DNA of 64,000 bases from Eledone cirrhosa (GCA_964016885.1 OZ024743.1:265236001-265300000); one strand, 5' to 3'; positions 12,808 to 29,479 are shown, numbered from the stretch's first letter. Numbers and translations: made by a program. Notes: generated from the letters alone by a model not told the origin.

Positions 12808-14420
12808 ACATGAACTATCCCTACTGTTTCACATCCCCTACTGCACTACATGCACGCAATAAAGTGTTTTTTTATATCCCTATATCAAAACTTTTGATTA
12901 TGGCCATCGCCCACCACCAATATCACACCCAGAACGAATCACACCACAACTACCACCACCATCAACAACAACAACAACAACACTGCCCACATAACTATCA
13001 CGGGAACATCAGCATCTTAATATGTATTCCCGTCTCCATCACCAGCATCATGAACCCTATAACCATACTCACAAACTCTCTGCAACCACATGAACACCAA
13101 TTGTACCACCTAAACCAGCACCACTACCAACACTACTACCACCACCACTACAACAAAATCCTCAACTAGTACCAACTTTACTACCAGCACTACCACAACG
13201 CTAACACTGTTACCAACTCCATTACAACCATCAACACTGCCACCACTACTACCACAAGACCCGCTTCCAGCCGCATCACCAACACCCGCACATAATTCTT
13301 TGCAGCCTCATGACTAAAGGCATCAATGCAAACACCACCAACTCCATTAGCCAGCCACCAGCATAACCAACAATAGTAATCACCAAGATCGCAACCCACA
13401 CCACCACACACCATGCACCCAAGACCCTTTTTACAACTCCATCACCAACAGCATCCAAGTCTCTATCATCACCACCGTTATAATCAACATTATGTGTAAT
13501 AGTTTTTCCACGCCAAGTTAAGCATGCACCAAACTATTATTTTCTTTCCGATATAAACCAACGTAGTTCAACTGTCGATTTCAAACATTGCCTTTCAAAC
13601 ATACGTGTATATATGCGTCCCATAAGTAAGATAGTTTACACACTGCATCTATATGCAATACAGGCACGCACACACACACACACACATATACATATGAACT
13701 CAAACATACACACGTTTTTCTTCTAAATTATGTATGTTCTAACCAACCCTGTGGGGCCTCAACTTCTGATGGATTCGTAGGAGTGTCGGAATGATATACA
13801 GTGTGCTTTAAGACGTTTTAACCTGACGGTGCCCATTACCAGTTAATAAATAGCATATATCAATAGAAACGCAGTACCCGTAAAAATGGTGGCTCTTAAT
13901 ATTTCTGCTTTAGTGTTTTCTGTATTTTCATCTCTTTTTGCATTTTCTCTTTCTAGAGGTTTTTTTTTTCTCTCTCCTCTTTGTACCTCGAGTCTTCTGT
14001 TTTGGTTTAGGTCGAAATTGATCTTCATTGAGCCGTCAATAATGAAATGCATTTTAAGCGGAAAAATAATCCAGATACTTTTCACAGCTGTAATGAATCT
14101 TAAACAACATTGTACAATTTGCTGTACATTTTTTAGTGGTAGTGACTTCATCCCGTGTATCCTCAGATCAGTTAGTATATTTATTGTATATTTCTTTTTT
14201 TTTTTTTTATACAAGGGAATGCTTTTCGCAGTGTTCGGGCTGTCAATTTTAGAACATCAAGTGAATCCATTTGGTTCAAAATTAGTGAAGTTTTTTAATT
14301 CACTTTTAAGTTTGTTGTTTTACAAAGTATTATTCTTGTGTTCTTGGCACAATTTTACACTACCGTACGGATATTATCTGGCAATGTTTCAGAGTTGTTT
14401 TCCCATCTTTACTAAAATTA

Positions 14421-14550
14421 TAATTGTTTCTACTTTTGGCACAAGGTTAGCAATTATACCAGTGTATTACTGGTACATTATTTTATCGACCCTGTAAGGA
14501 TGAAAGGCAAAGTTAACCTCGGCGGCATTTGAACTCAGACCGTAAAGGGA
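14421..14550 (-). mobile_element. SINE family A, 5'-truncated copy
   Basis: Reverse complement of B-box, core and tail (TTTTATCGACCCTGTAAGGATGAAAGGCAAAGTTAACCTCGGCGGCATTTGAACTCAG). Confidence 0.85.
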
Positions 14551-15129
14551 CATCTTTGTTAAAACTATAATGATGACAGTGTAAGCTGTGTACGTTCTTA
14601 TAGAAAATAGACTCAGAATCTGCCTGCCATTCCAACGAATGATATGAACATTATGATTTTAAAATTGAAAATTGCTCTAATCTAATTAGAATTAAGGGAA
14701 TGTGATATATTTGCAAAACTTGGTCAGAAATCAATGAGTTAGAAACATGATGAATGGGTAATGGGGGAGGTAAAATACGCATTTGTTGGTGCATTTTGAT
14801 ATCCAGTTTCTATATTATAATGTACTAAACAAAATTCGGTGCAAGGAAAACACGGTCATATTATGACATGCTCTATAAGACATAGGCACTAACAGACCGC
14901 GATGTTAAGAGTTTCATTTGGCAAGTATGAGGTTTCAGATTGAATACCATTGCATCACACCTTGATCCCGTTCAGGTCAGAACTTCCGAGATGTTGAGAA
15001 CCTGGACCGAAGAACAGAGAGGATATCCAATTTCTTCAAAAATTCGTTTGAGTATTCGTTGTATCATTTGGCATAGAGGTCAGATCGAGTTGCAATGCTT
15101 GTTAAACAATTTCTCTCTCTCACCCCCAA

Positions 15130-15276
<147 letters not shown>

Positions 15277-16489
15277 AAAAATTGAACAGGAACAAAGCAG
15301 AGAGGGAGTACGAACAAAGGTTTATTAGTTTCACGCTCTTGAGAGTGGGGTGGTGGTGGGGAACGACGTTTCGGGCATAAGCCCTTATATATATAAATAT
15401 ATGAGAGTGGAAGGTAAATTTCACTGGTTCGATCGATTGCGTAGAAACTAAATCTATTAGAGAGAAAAACAAAATAATACAGAATTTGAAATATATATAA
15501 TGTTTAAAAAACAAGTGAAATATCCTAGAATTGGAAACTGTTTCGTAACTATTAAATTATATTTGTCAACTATCGTACATACACAATCCTGTCATCTAGT
15601 CATGCTACATTTTAAATCTTAAACGAAAACGCACACACACTGCAATCATACACAATTACATGCACACACTCACGCATATAAACAGACACATATAGAGAAA
15701 GAAACTACAAAACAACCATTAAAAAATAAAACAAAAAGAAGAAAACTTATAAAATAAGTCAGCAACACATGACAATTTTCTTCTTTTTTTTTTAGCTTTC
15801 TTCATAGCTAAGCGGGTTATTTCTGTCTAGAAGTTCCACGTCACTTCCCGTTAAACCTCTCCTCTCCCTTCTCTTCAACATGCTGCTGCTGCTGCTGCTG
15901 CTGCTACTACTACTACTATTACTACTACTACAACTACCACCACCACCACCACCAGTAACTGAAACAGCTGTGTTACTAAGCCAGCACAATGTCACATGCT
16001 CTGTTACTGTGACTGCATATCCGTAGATATACCCATGTATACTGAATATATTCACAGACAATCCGCCCCCCGCTCCACGCACACACATACCCCACCCCCC
16101 ACACACAAACACACTCAAACACACACACATATATATGGATGGGTGTGCGGGGGTGTACGTATATGTGAGTGTATATACGTGTGTCTATGTGAGTGCTTTT
16201 GTGAAATATCTTAGACATTCCAACAATCGCCACTGTTTCTTTGTTAGTATTGCCTTGTATGTCTACATACACAACCTATACGCAATAATGGGCACATACA
16301 ACTGTAATAACATCAACCTCATTGGGAAACAAGCTATAGAGCCCCAAATTGCTTTCAATTAACATCCTACCACCGTTAAAATATTTACAAGAGGTACGTT
16401 CCATAATATAGTCCAAGGTACACTACTATGTCTGTATAAAGATGTGATTTTCAAGGCTGGAATGCCTTATACACGTACACACACACACA

Positions 16490-17521
<1,032 letters not shown>

Positions 17522-17532
17522 CGGAAAGAATC

Positions 17533-17704
17533 ATGACCCCGACATCTGAGCTCTGGCTCTTTCGACAGCAAGTTCCAGCGGTCGAAACGGCGGGAGCTCA
17601 GCCATCGGTGTCCTGACTATTTTCCTTTTACCCCTTATACTACCCTAAGTATTGAGTACTCTGGTGCATTATGGTTCACCTGGTATCCTACCACACCCTT
17701 TTGT

Positions 17705-17707
<3 letters not shown>
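17533..17707 (+). mobile_element. PLE pLTR-like relic (family E) with 5' fold-back, between (AT)n tracts
   Basis: TCGAAACGGC...GCC.TCGG.G.CC...TTTTCCT.TTACCC...TACCC.AAGTAT.GAG...CTGG..CATTATGGT.CACCTGGT is shared with 44365-44562(-) and 60760-60945(-). Confidence 0.65.
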
Positions 17708-17763
<56 letters not shown>

Positions 17764-18167
17764 CAGTTGAAAAAAATTGGTTGATCAAAGATCTTACGAT
17801 TTTTACTTAAACAGACGTCAAAAACTCTACGTTTTGTGTTCATCAGTATTTTCTCCGTAAGGTATCTGCCGGAATTTTAGTATAATAAATAAGAGACAGT
17901 TTTATTCGGGCATCTTAATTTTATTATCTAGTTCGTTATACGTATATCAAAAATGTAAGGTAGTTATATAATAACCACCATACACGTTTTCTTCAGACGA
18001 ATCGAGATCTATTATCCATTGATATGCCACTGGTCCAATATGTCGGTAACCACGCCATCCAGAAATATATATAAAGACACAGGCAAACAGATATACATAC
18101 GTAGATACAAATATACTAACATAAACACACACGCACACGCACACACACGCGCACACTCACACACACG

Positions 18168-18228
<61 letters not shown>

Positions 18229-21200
18229 GTGCGTGTATATGTATTTATTTGTATGCGAAGGGGACACGCGGTGTACACATGTATATATGCAAGCCTATGT
18301 ATTTAATAATATATTTAATAAAACTGAGATAATGACATTTTTTTAATAAACATGATGGTCAGACCTGTCTGATGTAATATACAGATCTTATCAGATAGAA
18401 AACAGATAAATATGTTTCAGAAAACTACCAAGAATGCTCCGGTCAATATCAATTCAAGAATTATCCAAATTGCCGCGTTTAAAAATAAGAACAAAAAACA
18501 ACAATAAACCTTTATCGCAATGCTATAGACCCTTTCCTCTTGAAAATATCGTATGGGCGTCGGCATTACACACGTTTCCCTTGTCCAAATGCAGCTGATG
18601 TCTTCCAGAGAAAGGATTTAAAATAAAGTTGACTTAGAGACAGAACAAATATCTTAAAGCATTTCAACTCTCTCATGACAGATATTTCTCCACCTTAATG
18701 AGAGAGGCACAGTGAATCGGCAGAGTCGTTACAATGTCGGATAGAATTCTATGCAGTATACGTTTTGGCTCTCTACATTGAGAGTTCAAATTCCTCCGAT
18801 GTCAACTTTGCCTTTCATCGTTTCAAATTCTTAAAAAAAAAAATTAACAGTTCAGTACTGGCATCGATTTATCCTCCATGTCCTTTTCTTACTTCCTCTC
18901 CCTCGCTCTCACTTTCTCTATATCCTTCTCTTGAAGAATTCGACTGTGTTCAGTTCTGGAGAGGAGATGTTACGCCAGGTTTTGAAAATGCCCAAGTGAC
19001 GCTCATCGTCTTGACTGTATGGCTCCACCACGAGTTAAGGGTTAAATAGAAGAAATAGGATTGAAAGAGAGAGAAAATGCTGTATATGAACAGCATGCTC
19101 TATGTTTTATATCGCATAGAATTATCATCGACTTTGATCTCAGATTAACACGCTGAATACAAGACGAGCCCTCTAGCGTTCTTGGTCCCTGCACTGCTGA
19201 TTTTCTCCGTAAAGACTGAAATATGACGATTCGTTTGATGGGGTGGCTGTTGCGGAGGCACCACTTAGACTGGGGTGTAGGGACAATAATTCTCCTTATC
19301 CCTTTCTTTTACTGCTTGTTCCGTCTTTTTCTCCTTTTCATTTTCATTTTTCTTCTTCCTTTTCTGTTCCTTTTAGTAGTGTGTGGTATTTTTATTATAT
19401 ACTGCTCAATTTATTTTTATATAATGTCAATGGCCTTTCATATGAGATAGAAAATATAGTATTAGATACGAACGTGGGATGTGGTTGAAGCTCGAATGCT
19501 GTTGATGGTAGTTTTGCTCAATCAGAAGTGACCTGGGTCTAAACCACAAAAGCAACAACACAGAGAAACGTTCGTAATTCTATTTCAGCAAATCATGTTT
19601 TCTCACGCTTCCACGCTATCTTTCTTCCATCCGTGTCCACATGCCAAGACGTTTAATTACACACAATTACACACACACTACAATTGTTGTACCAACAAAT
19701 TTACCACAAGAAGTTAAATACTTATGTTTATCCTTTTCCTCTCAATGCCAGAGGTCGTTGCAAAGTACAGAAATATGGTAATGGAATCAAATTGTTTGAC
19801 ATCTGCAGAATATCCTTCATACATTTAAAATCTTCCTCTCAGTTGGAGAAAGAAAACGAAAACATAACGGATATTATTAACCATTCACAAATAGAGTGGT
19901 TGGAAACAATTCTAAGAAACTGAAAATCAATTTGAAAAACATATGTTAATTTACTCGCTTAGAGAAAAATACATGATCTTGTTTTGAAGACAATATGAGA
20001 GCTAATTGATATATTTCGGTCTTTCTGCACCTCTTCAGCGAAGCCTATTTAATTTGTAACCTATTTGATCAGTGTATATAGAATAAGGGTTACGAAGAGA
20101 GTGAGCCCGTGGTAATTTACATAATACCAAAAGGAAAATAACACAAGTGATCTAATGACCTGATAAAAAATGTAAATGACTTTGAAATAGATTTGTTACA
20201 TAATCGATACATTATTTTTTGGGGTGGGTGGGGGGTGTTGGTCACTATAGATGATTGTAGCTATTTTGTTGTTGCTGTTTGGCTTCATAGCAGCCATGCA
20301 TTTGTAAAACCATAATCAAGATGTTTTGTCGTAGTCGACCACTCTTGTCTAGAATATCAAATATCCCCTTCCTTTTAATCTAAGAAAGAGACTAGAAATC
20401 ATTGGAGGTAGATTTGTGTGTATGTATTGTCTAGCACGGGTATGTGTGTGCATGCATACGTGTGTATTTCTCGTGGTGCGTATATTTGTGTGTGTATGTG
20501 TGTTATAATAATAGCTTGGTCTGAAGGAATTGTTTGTGCACCTGGTCTTCTTAGGCCCTCTGGGACTAATGAAGTCGACGTGGTTTACATTCCTCTCGAA
20601 CAGTTCAAAATAGATGACAGCAGGATTAACGTATGTAAAAAAGTAATTGCTGAACAATATGCTCTGAGACGAAAGAACTGAAAGAAGGGGTATGTATGTA
20701 TGGACACGAAGCATAGATGAAATCGTAGTAGCGCTATATTGATACACGACGTTTCTTATGCATTTCTAACACTGGTTGAGCCCATCTCCCCTTCTGTTCT
20801 GAACACATTAGATTTCTTTCAGAGAACGATAGAGCGTGAAGAAGGGAAATGATAAAGAGATATAGAGAATGAATCGACGCAACGTCTAGGTTAGTACTTT
20901 TTTTCCTTTTGATTGACCTCAAAATAACGAAAGGCAAATTGACATCGGTGGAATTTGAACTTAGGAAACAGGGATCCGGAACGAATAACACAAAGCATTC
21001 TATCAGATTTCTAATAAATCTGCCTATTCGCCACCCAGTCGAAGTAGGAAGAGCAGACAAAAGTTGGGCTGTGTTTAGGCTAGAGTGAAGAGACAAGTGG
21101 TTGTAAATCTTTTTGAATTTGTGGAAAGCTGAAGATAGAAAAACTTTGTTAAACTTATAGTATCGAATTTGTTAAACCTTAAATTACATCTTTGAATATC

Positions 21201-21288
21201 AGGGACACATATGAATAATATTTGACGCGCACTGAAGGCTTCTTTACAGATATTAATTATAGTATTACTACGTATATTATTACAGTAT

Positions 21289-21470
21289 TTGGCAGAATCG
21301 GTAGAGCGTCAGACACCATGCTTTCTAGCTTAGTTACGTCCCTTTAACGTCTGAGTTCAAATCCCGCCGAGGTTAACTTTGCCTTTCATCCTTACGGGGT
21401 CGATAAAATAAAGTACCAGTAATGTACTGAGTATTTGCTGGCCTTGTGCCTAAAGTAGAAACAATTATTA
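21289..21470 (+). mobile_element. SINE family A, near full length
   Basis: TGGCAGAATCGG ... GAGTTCAAATCCCGCCGAGG ... core ... AGTAGAAACAATTATTA. Confidence 0.9.
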
Positions 21471-21776
21471 CGTATACTAATTATTGTATTATTAAACAAA
21501 TTAGTTAGAATAATAAGTTTACTATCTATTGTAGTAAAAAGTGTATTAATTATAATATTATTACATATAATAATTATAGCATGGACTTCCCTAGCCAGAA
21601 GAAGAAAGTTTAAAACCAATTAAAATAATTCATCCATTGTATTGAAATAATATGGGGGTGGGTGTTCATTCTATGTTACTAAGCCGCTATCAATAGTTCT
21701 TTATTTATACGTTTTAGCAACAATAGGATATATATACACAGACAGAGACATATATATATATATATATGCATATAAA

Positions 21777-21810
<34 letters not shown>

Positions 21811-21838
21811 AACACACACAGAGATATACACACAAACC

Positions 21839-21890
<52 letters not shown>

Positions 21891-22191
21891 CGTGGTATCT
21901 TAGTTAACAATGAAATAGCTTTTTTGTTTGAATTTTCTTTTATGAAACGATAATATATTGTATGAAACTATTCTTACATTTATTACATTTTTGTTAACCT
22001 AAGGATAAACGAAAATTTAATGACAAAATTGAAAATGACTGCGTGATTGTGTGAAGTTAGAGTTATATTAGTTAGGTATAGATATATCGAACAGAAGATA
22101 AAATATAGTTGATTCAGATTTAGATTATTGCAATGTGAACAAAGGGAAAAGCTTTCGGAGATTTGAATACAAATGAATACAATTCTAAACG

Positions 22192-22249
<58 letters not shown>

Positions 22250-22380
22250 CAGTGTGTGTGTGTGTGTTTTTAGTATGTCTGTTTTTTGTGAGCGCGCGTG
22301 TGTTTGTGTATGTGTTCTCGCGTGTAAATAAATGTATGTTTATAATACATAGTCCCAAGTATGTTTGTGTCTATGTATTC

Positions 22381-22433
<53 letters not shown>

Positions 22434-22973
22434 AACACACATGTGGGCTTAAACGTCCAAACGTATTTAGACAGATGACACGGATATCCAGTTAATTGCT
22501 CATTAGAATTCAATACAGATATAACCGTTCATACTTACGTTAACATAGATATGAAATATGTGCGAGTCCATGTGTATATGTCTATGCGTGTGTGGTTGCT
22601 TGCGCTTGTGTGTGTATGTATGTGTGTGCCTGTGTGTGTATCTGCATGCTCTTTTGTATAAAGTTCAGACTTTACCCTGGTGTTTTACGTAGCTATCAAC
22701 ATATGTATACGAACGCTTATATTTACATAAATACATACGTAACTTTGTGTAAGTACCCTCATTGCTATAAAATACTTTTAAAATATTAGTTGATACCAAT
22801 GCATGCATTGTAGGGTTTGTAGATTTAGAACGTAGCCAGTACATAGTGTTTTATACTCCATGTTTCTACCGTTTCATCAGTACTGTTGTCGACTGTGGTC
22901 CGTAACAAACCAATGGAAGTATCATGAGAATTGAAGCAAACTATAGAAAATAAAAATGCATGATTTATGCAAG

Positions 22974-23300
22974 ATGGAATGGCTCTTCCAGCGCATCTCT
23001 CTTACCACCCTCCGGGGAAACGCTTTCTCCATTCTGTCCGCCGAGGCTGTGGGGCGGCCAGCACAGGGGACCCTATTTGCTCATAATACAGATAGATGGG
23101 GAGGGCGAGAGAGATTGAGGCGATGACAGTGGGAGTTCGGTTCTTCCGCGTTCAGACACATTGGTAAGCACTTGGAATTTGGTTTGTTTCTGCTTGCATA
23201 TCTCACATAACACCCCAACACCTCCCCAACTCCTCTCTCAATCTTTCGCAATTCGGCTTCTGTCTCTACTGACGGGAATAAAATGTTATTTATCAATAAA
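22974..23300 (+). pseudogene. Extreme 3' end of a CRE-like (RLE) non-LTR retrotransposon
   Basis: MEWLFQRISLTTLRGNAFSILS resembles the C-terminal QRxSxxxxRGNAxxIL motif of CRE-type elements. It sits in a GC-rich island ending in AATAAA-rich sequence. Confidence 0.6.
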
Positions 23301-23974
23301 CATGCACTTTTTAATTACTGAAATTATCTCAAAATAAATACACGGTTTCTGTGATTTTGAACACCGTCGTGAAGAATACGTTATATTTATAACTTAGAAA
23401 CTGTACTAGGAGAATTACCCAATTTAAATATCCCGAATGTAGGGACCTGGAACCCTACGAAGATGGAATTTACCACACAACTGTATTCGGATAGAGAATG
23501 TTTACTTCAACCAGCTCTAACAAAGCAAATATACCCCCATGGTATTCAGTATCAGGAAAAATTATTTCCAGAATTGGTAGATAAACCACCTATACCATGA
23601 TATATTACAAGAAACGGCAATCCCATATTCTGGAGAGCTATAGTGTATCCAGGTTTAGGATAAAGTACTCCAAAACTCGTAGAAAACTATTTATAATTAT
23701 TCCAGTTTAAGTTTTCAGGTCATAGTCAAATCGCTCACACTACGACCGAAAACACTTCGCCTTAGTAGCGAAAACACTAAATAAGAAAGCAATAGAAGAC
23801 AAAAGGCAAAGCACAAATAACAATGCTCATTCGCAGCATCTATATATATAGGTATTCAAATGTAGTGAAACTGGAATACATATATCTATAATGGTATATT
23901 TGGTGTTATGGCTTTTTTTTTATAGATTATATTCTTTTATTGCTCTACTATATCTATATTTATGCATACACACA

Positions 23975-24039
<65 letters not shown>

Positions 24040-24050
24040 GCACATGCACA

Positions 24051-24094
<44 letters not shown>

Positions 24095-24994
24095 ACACAC
24101 ACATATGTATATAAATCTTTAAAAGTAGATTTTATTATTGCGTGTATCCTTATTCGTTGTAGGGTACACGCTTGGTTATGCTGTTGATTTTACAGACAGT
24201 TTGTTCTCGCAAGTTGCCATTGGCGGGATTTGAAATCCGAACGTCGGACATAATGCCTAATCCCAATTCGCATCTTTTACTTTAGTAGAAATTGCCCCGT
24301 TGAGATTCTGAGGGGCATCAGTGTTATCATTCACATCTGTGCAAATCTTGCAAATTTAAGTCATGAATTGTGCCCACATGTAAGCTTATGGAAAAAAAAA
24401 AAAAAAAAAATTGTTTTTGTCTTACATTTTATGTGCTTCGAAAAAATCATAACAATGACAAATTGTTAGAGTCATTTGAACATGAGACAAAACGCCGAGA
24501 GCGCTGAGTTCAAATCACGCCAAGGTTAATTTTGACTTTCATCTTTTTAAATCTGATGAAAAGAAAGTACCAGTCAAAATAGAAGGATAGTTGTAATTGT
24601 TCAAGTGACCAGCGAGTTACAGGATAACTGTTCATTTGCATTCTGAATTAAGATCCTGTTTTTGTCAATCGCTCGTTTTAATGTCACCCACTGATGACTG
24701 AGTACCTATGACGGAGGTCCCCATCTAGAAGTATTTCCATCAGGACATTGGTTTTAGAAAGATTTTCTCCCATATTTCTACTAGTCTTGAATAAAATGGG
24801 CCAAGTGCATTTAGCTTCCTTCACAGAAAATATAGAGCAATGCACCTGTATAAAAACATATTTTAAACTGCAATATCGTTTGAAGTCCTATTCATTGTAT
24901 TATATTGTTACGTCTATTCCACAACGCATACCACCACAGCACACAGCACATGTTTTTGGGTGTATATAGGATGAGAGAAGGAAAAGGAGAAGAG

Positions 24995-25185
24995 GCAGAG
25001 TGTAAGATAGAGTGAGAGAGAGAGAGAGAGAGAGGGAGGAGTTTCATAGTGTAAGAGAGAGAGGGGGGATGGAGGGTCATAGTGTAAGAGATAGAGAGAC
25101 AGAGAGAGACAGAGAGAGAGGAGAGTCAGAGTATAAGAGAGAGAGAGGGAGAGGGTCAGAGTGTAAGAGAGAGAAAGAGGGGTGA
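24995..25185 (+). repeat. Imperfect minisatellite AGTGTAAG(AG)n...GGGTCA, 5 units
   Basis: Repeated AGTGTAAGA anchor separated by variable purine tracts. Confidence 0.8.
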
Positions 25186-26291
25186 CTGGGGCGTGGGAGA
25201 ATCCTGCGTGTTGTGGAGACAGTGTAACAATTATTACAGCCTGCTTCCACGTCGTCTCATTCGTGATGATTCAACAAGTCTTAGAAAACAGGAGTGTCCT
25301 GCTGATAATCCTATATCTACGCATTCATATACAGCAATTATATTCATTGCCTGACCTAATCTAATTTCCTATGATAATTTTATATTTTCTGCGTTCCGAA
25401 CTCAATTTTTCCCCCTCTTTCCTGCAATTTCATAACTGATATTTAAACTTTTCTATTCTATATGTGTATGTATGCGTGAGCATACACAAAAAACTATATA
25501 TATAACTGTGAAAGTATTCAGTGAAGCCTGTGTGAGAGGCCGAGGCTGTTTGGAGTGGGGTTGATCGTGTGTGTTGACAGTGAAAACATACGAAAAGCAG
25601 CATGGCACCATATGTGATACAATGTTGAATGCGTCATATATACAACTGAAAAATAAAAATAAAAAATTCAACATTTGCCTATTTTCCTCTCAAAATTGAG
25701 TTTAAATACTTACGTACCAGATATGTTTTTACTTTTTTATAGATTAATATAGGGAATATAAACAGCTGCTTTTTGTTTGCTTGTTTTATTTATTTATTTA
25801 TTTATTTTATTTTATCTCATTTTTTTTTTTTTCTCTGTAGATTACGTTATTTGATGTGTCTCAAACCGAGATGTTATATAGACAGCCAATTTCTCGTAAC
25901 ATAAAAACAATTATGTTAAGTTTTGAAATGATATAGTAAACACTTGTGTACTATATTTTACACATCCCAAACTTGTTTGAAGGAAACACTTTAACATATT
26001 TCGGTGGGGGCATAGTGAGAGGTGCAACTGTGCTCGAGATGCGGTTTTATACTAGGAGATTGGGTATTCTGAGACCTACCCAACCTCGGCACATACCATA
26101 ATGTTTCTTCCCCTATGTACTCAGTTTATTCTACTGGTTTTTCGAAGATGGTTCTTTACCATTTTCAAACGTTTAGAGCTACTTTTTTTTATATTTGTAT
26201 GAGGGTGAGGGAGAGTAGGCATAAGTGTGTACATGTATATGTATGTATGAAAGTAAGTGTATAAACACACAGACAGACACACGCACACACA

Positions 26292-26997
<706 letters not shown>

Positions 26998-26999
26998 AA

Positions 27000-27139
27000 T
27001 CATTAGGGATTTGCTCATGATTTCTTCCGAATGAAACAGTTCTAGTCCCGTAGAAGCCATTTCTATATTAAATATTTATACTCTGCTATGTATTGAGTAC
27101 CTTACTTACTGTGGTTACCCCCCGATTGAACCCGGGATA

Positions 27140-27142
<3 letters not shown>
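27000..27142 (+). mobile_element. PLE pLTR-like relic (family F) with a degenerate hammerhead
   Basis: ATGATTTC..C.GAATGAAACAGTTCTAGTCC.GTAGAA...TACTCTGCTATGTATTGAGTACCTTACTTACTGTGGTTACC...GATT.AA.CC.GGAT.AAC then (AT)n. Other copies at 11520-11630, 28430-28470, 29271-29447, 46887-46950(-) and 62915-62975. Confidence 0.7.
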
Positions 27143-27214
<72 letters not shown>

Positions 27215-28338
27215 TATAAGTATATATATAGATATATATACTTGTGTGTGTGTGATGTATGAGAAGGTCAGGTCATGTGTTAGTCACGTGTGTTCTGCTG
27301 AACTGTGTGTTTGACCACGCTCCCCTTTCTTAAGGTGGAACATATATTGAATGCCACCCTCATTAGAGCAATTAAATTTAAGGAATTTAACAAAAATATC
27401 AGAAAATAGCCATTTGTAAAATATTTATATAATGAAAGGTCAACTGTCGTATCTGGCATTGAAAATATTACTTGAATATCTTGGGGCAGTTCTAAACGTG
27501 TATTAGTAGTCTAACTACATATGACGCCTATCGTATGTATACGCTTATTTCTCCTCAATGGATACAAAAATTAACACAGCGAACAAACATTCTGCCATCA
27601 CAAATGAATGAAAATTTCAAGATATCTGCCCGGAAAGATATTGCCGGTAATAAATCCATTAGTTTTGGAACCAAAACAACTAAAAAAAAAAAAAAAAAAA
27701 AAAAAAGAAAAGAAATCCATTTCCCAAAAATAAAAGATGTAAATGATTTTGTTTTTCTACTTTCGTTTTGCATTTGAACCACATAAGTGCATTTCCTCCA
27801 TTTACTTATCTATGAGATCAATTGATCGAGTTCCTATTGATTTAATGTATTCCATTAGCCAGCTAGAAACCGTATGGTTTATCGGCCTGCATATGATATT
27901 ATCTATATCACCCGATGAGGGGTTAACTTAAAAGTCAGGACCTCAAAAGCTAAATTACATACAGGCGATGAAATGAAAAAAGATCATGCTAATTATAATA
28001 AAAGGAAGGGATGAAATAACCACTATAACATTAGCAACGTTGTCCCCAACAAAATACGCAGTATCTCTTTTCATCTCTCTAACTCTCTCTCTCCCTCATT
28101 CTCTCTCTCTCTCTGATATGTATATATGTACATATATATATATATACATATTGGATCTTAATGTAAATCGAGAGTGTGACCACTGTCAAAATGGTACTCA
28201 ATACGTTTGTAGCTACAGGTCTAGAATAGTTTCATTCGCAAGAAATCAAGAAAGTCCTGATGATAAATGTATATATATATAAAGAGAGAGAGAGAGATGG
28301 AGAGAGAGAGATAGAAAGAGAGAGAGAGGGTGAGAGAT

Positions 28339-28372
<34 letters not shown>

Positions 28373-28373
28373 G

Positions 28374-28410
<37 letters not shown>

Positions 28411-28524
28411 TGGGTGGGGAGAGACCTTCTTGATGATTTCTTACGAATGAAACTGTTCTAGTTTTGGATGAACTCGCTTAGGATGAAATCAGAAATGCAT
28501 TGCTTAAGATTTTAATCTGTACAA

Positions 28525-28708
28525 ATAATTATTTCTACTTTTGTCACAAGGCCAGCAATTATTCCAGTGTAATACTGGTACTTTATTTTATCGACCCTAT
28601 AAGGATGAAAGGTAAAGTTAACTTTTGAAAGTAGACCGTAAAGGGCCATATCTCTATGCTGCAAAGCATGTTGTCCAACCCTCTACGAATACTGCCAATC
28701 CACCGCCT
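28525..28708 (-). mobile_element. SINE family A with an internal deletion across the B-box
   Basis: Reverse complement of tail and core, and of the head (ATACTGCCAATCCACCGCC); the GGGATTTGAACTC segment is missing. Confidence 0.8.
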
Positions 28709-29445
28709 GCAATATATATATATAATGTTTAAAGTAATCTGTACAATTAATAAATATACAATGTGTGAGTGTGTGTGTGTATGTGTGTGTGTGATCGAAT
28801 CAATCAGAATTTCACATTTAAATTGTAATTGAAAATCATAGACTCGAACATGTATCATGCTGTGCAACACTGATTTGTCCTGAGTACGACGTAATGAGTA
28901 CACATGTCTGTGGAATATTAAACCACTTATACAGAGGTTTAATGAATTAGTAGTTCATTTGATCGACGAACAAAATATACAACCTCGAAACCGCCCACAA
29001 TACATCTAATATACTTTCAACATTATATATATTGAAGGCGGTGGATTGGCAGTATTCGTAGAGGGCTTGACAACATTCTTTGCATGTACGATCTGACGGA
29101 GTCGCGTGGCCATTGTCGTCATTGAAATATATTTGACGTCATTAAAATATGTATCACATCCTTATCAATAAAGGACTTTAACATCTGGAACTACTTGGCA
29201 TTTCCTTATTCTCTCTCTCACTCTCTCTCTCTATTTATATATATATAAATATATATATATATGTATATATATATAGAAGATATTCTACAGGACTAGAACT
29301 GTTTCATTATTTAGAAACCTGATGATTTCTAAAGAATGAAACAGTTCTAGTCCTGTAGAATCTCTTCTATATTAAAACTGTTATACTCTGCTATGTATTG
29401 AGTACCTTACTTACTGTGGTTACCTCCGATTCAATCCGGATTAAC

Positions 29446-29479
<34 letters not shown>

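Noticed and set aside
12900-13490. His/Gln/Thr-rich coding region
   Set aside because: Degenerate (CAC/CAA)n low-complexity sequence, like 2473-2720 on the other strand.
13843-14497. Overlapping 203-aa (+) and 123-aa (-) ORFs
   Set aside because: No recognisable domain, T-rich composition, and the longer one runs into a SINE; no convincing splice structure.
15836-15851. ETS/CRE-like composite GGGAAGTGACGTGG (minus strand) as a promoter
   Set aside because: A single short imperfect motif with no associated exon or other support.
20515-20681. Possible plus-strand exon (AWSEGIVCAPGLLRPSGTNEVDVV...)
   Set aside because: Poor polypyrimidine tract and no recognisable homology.
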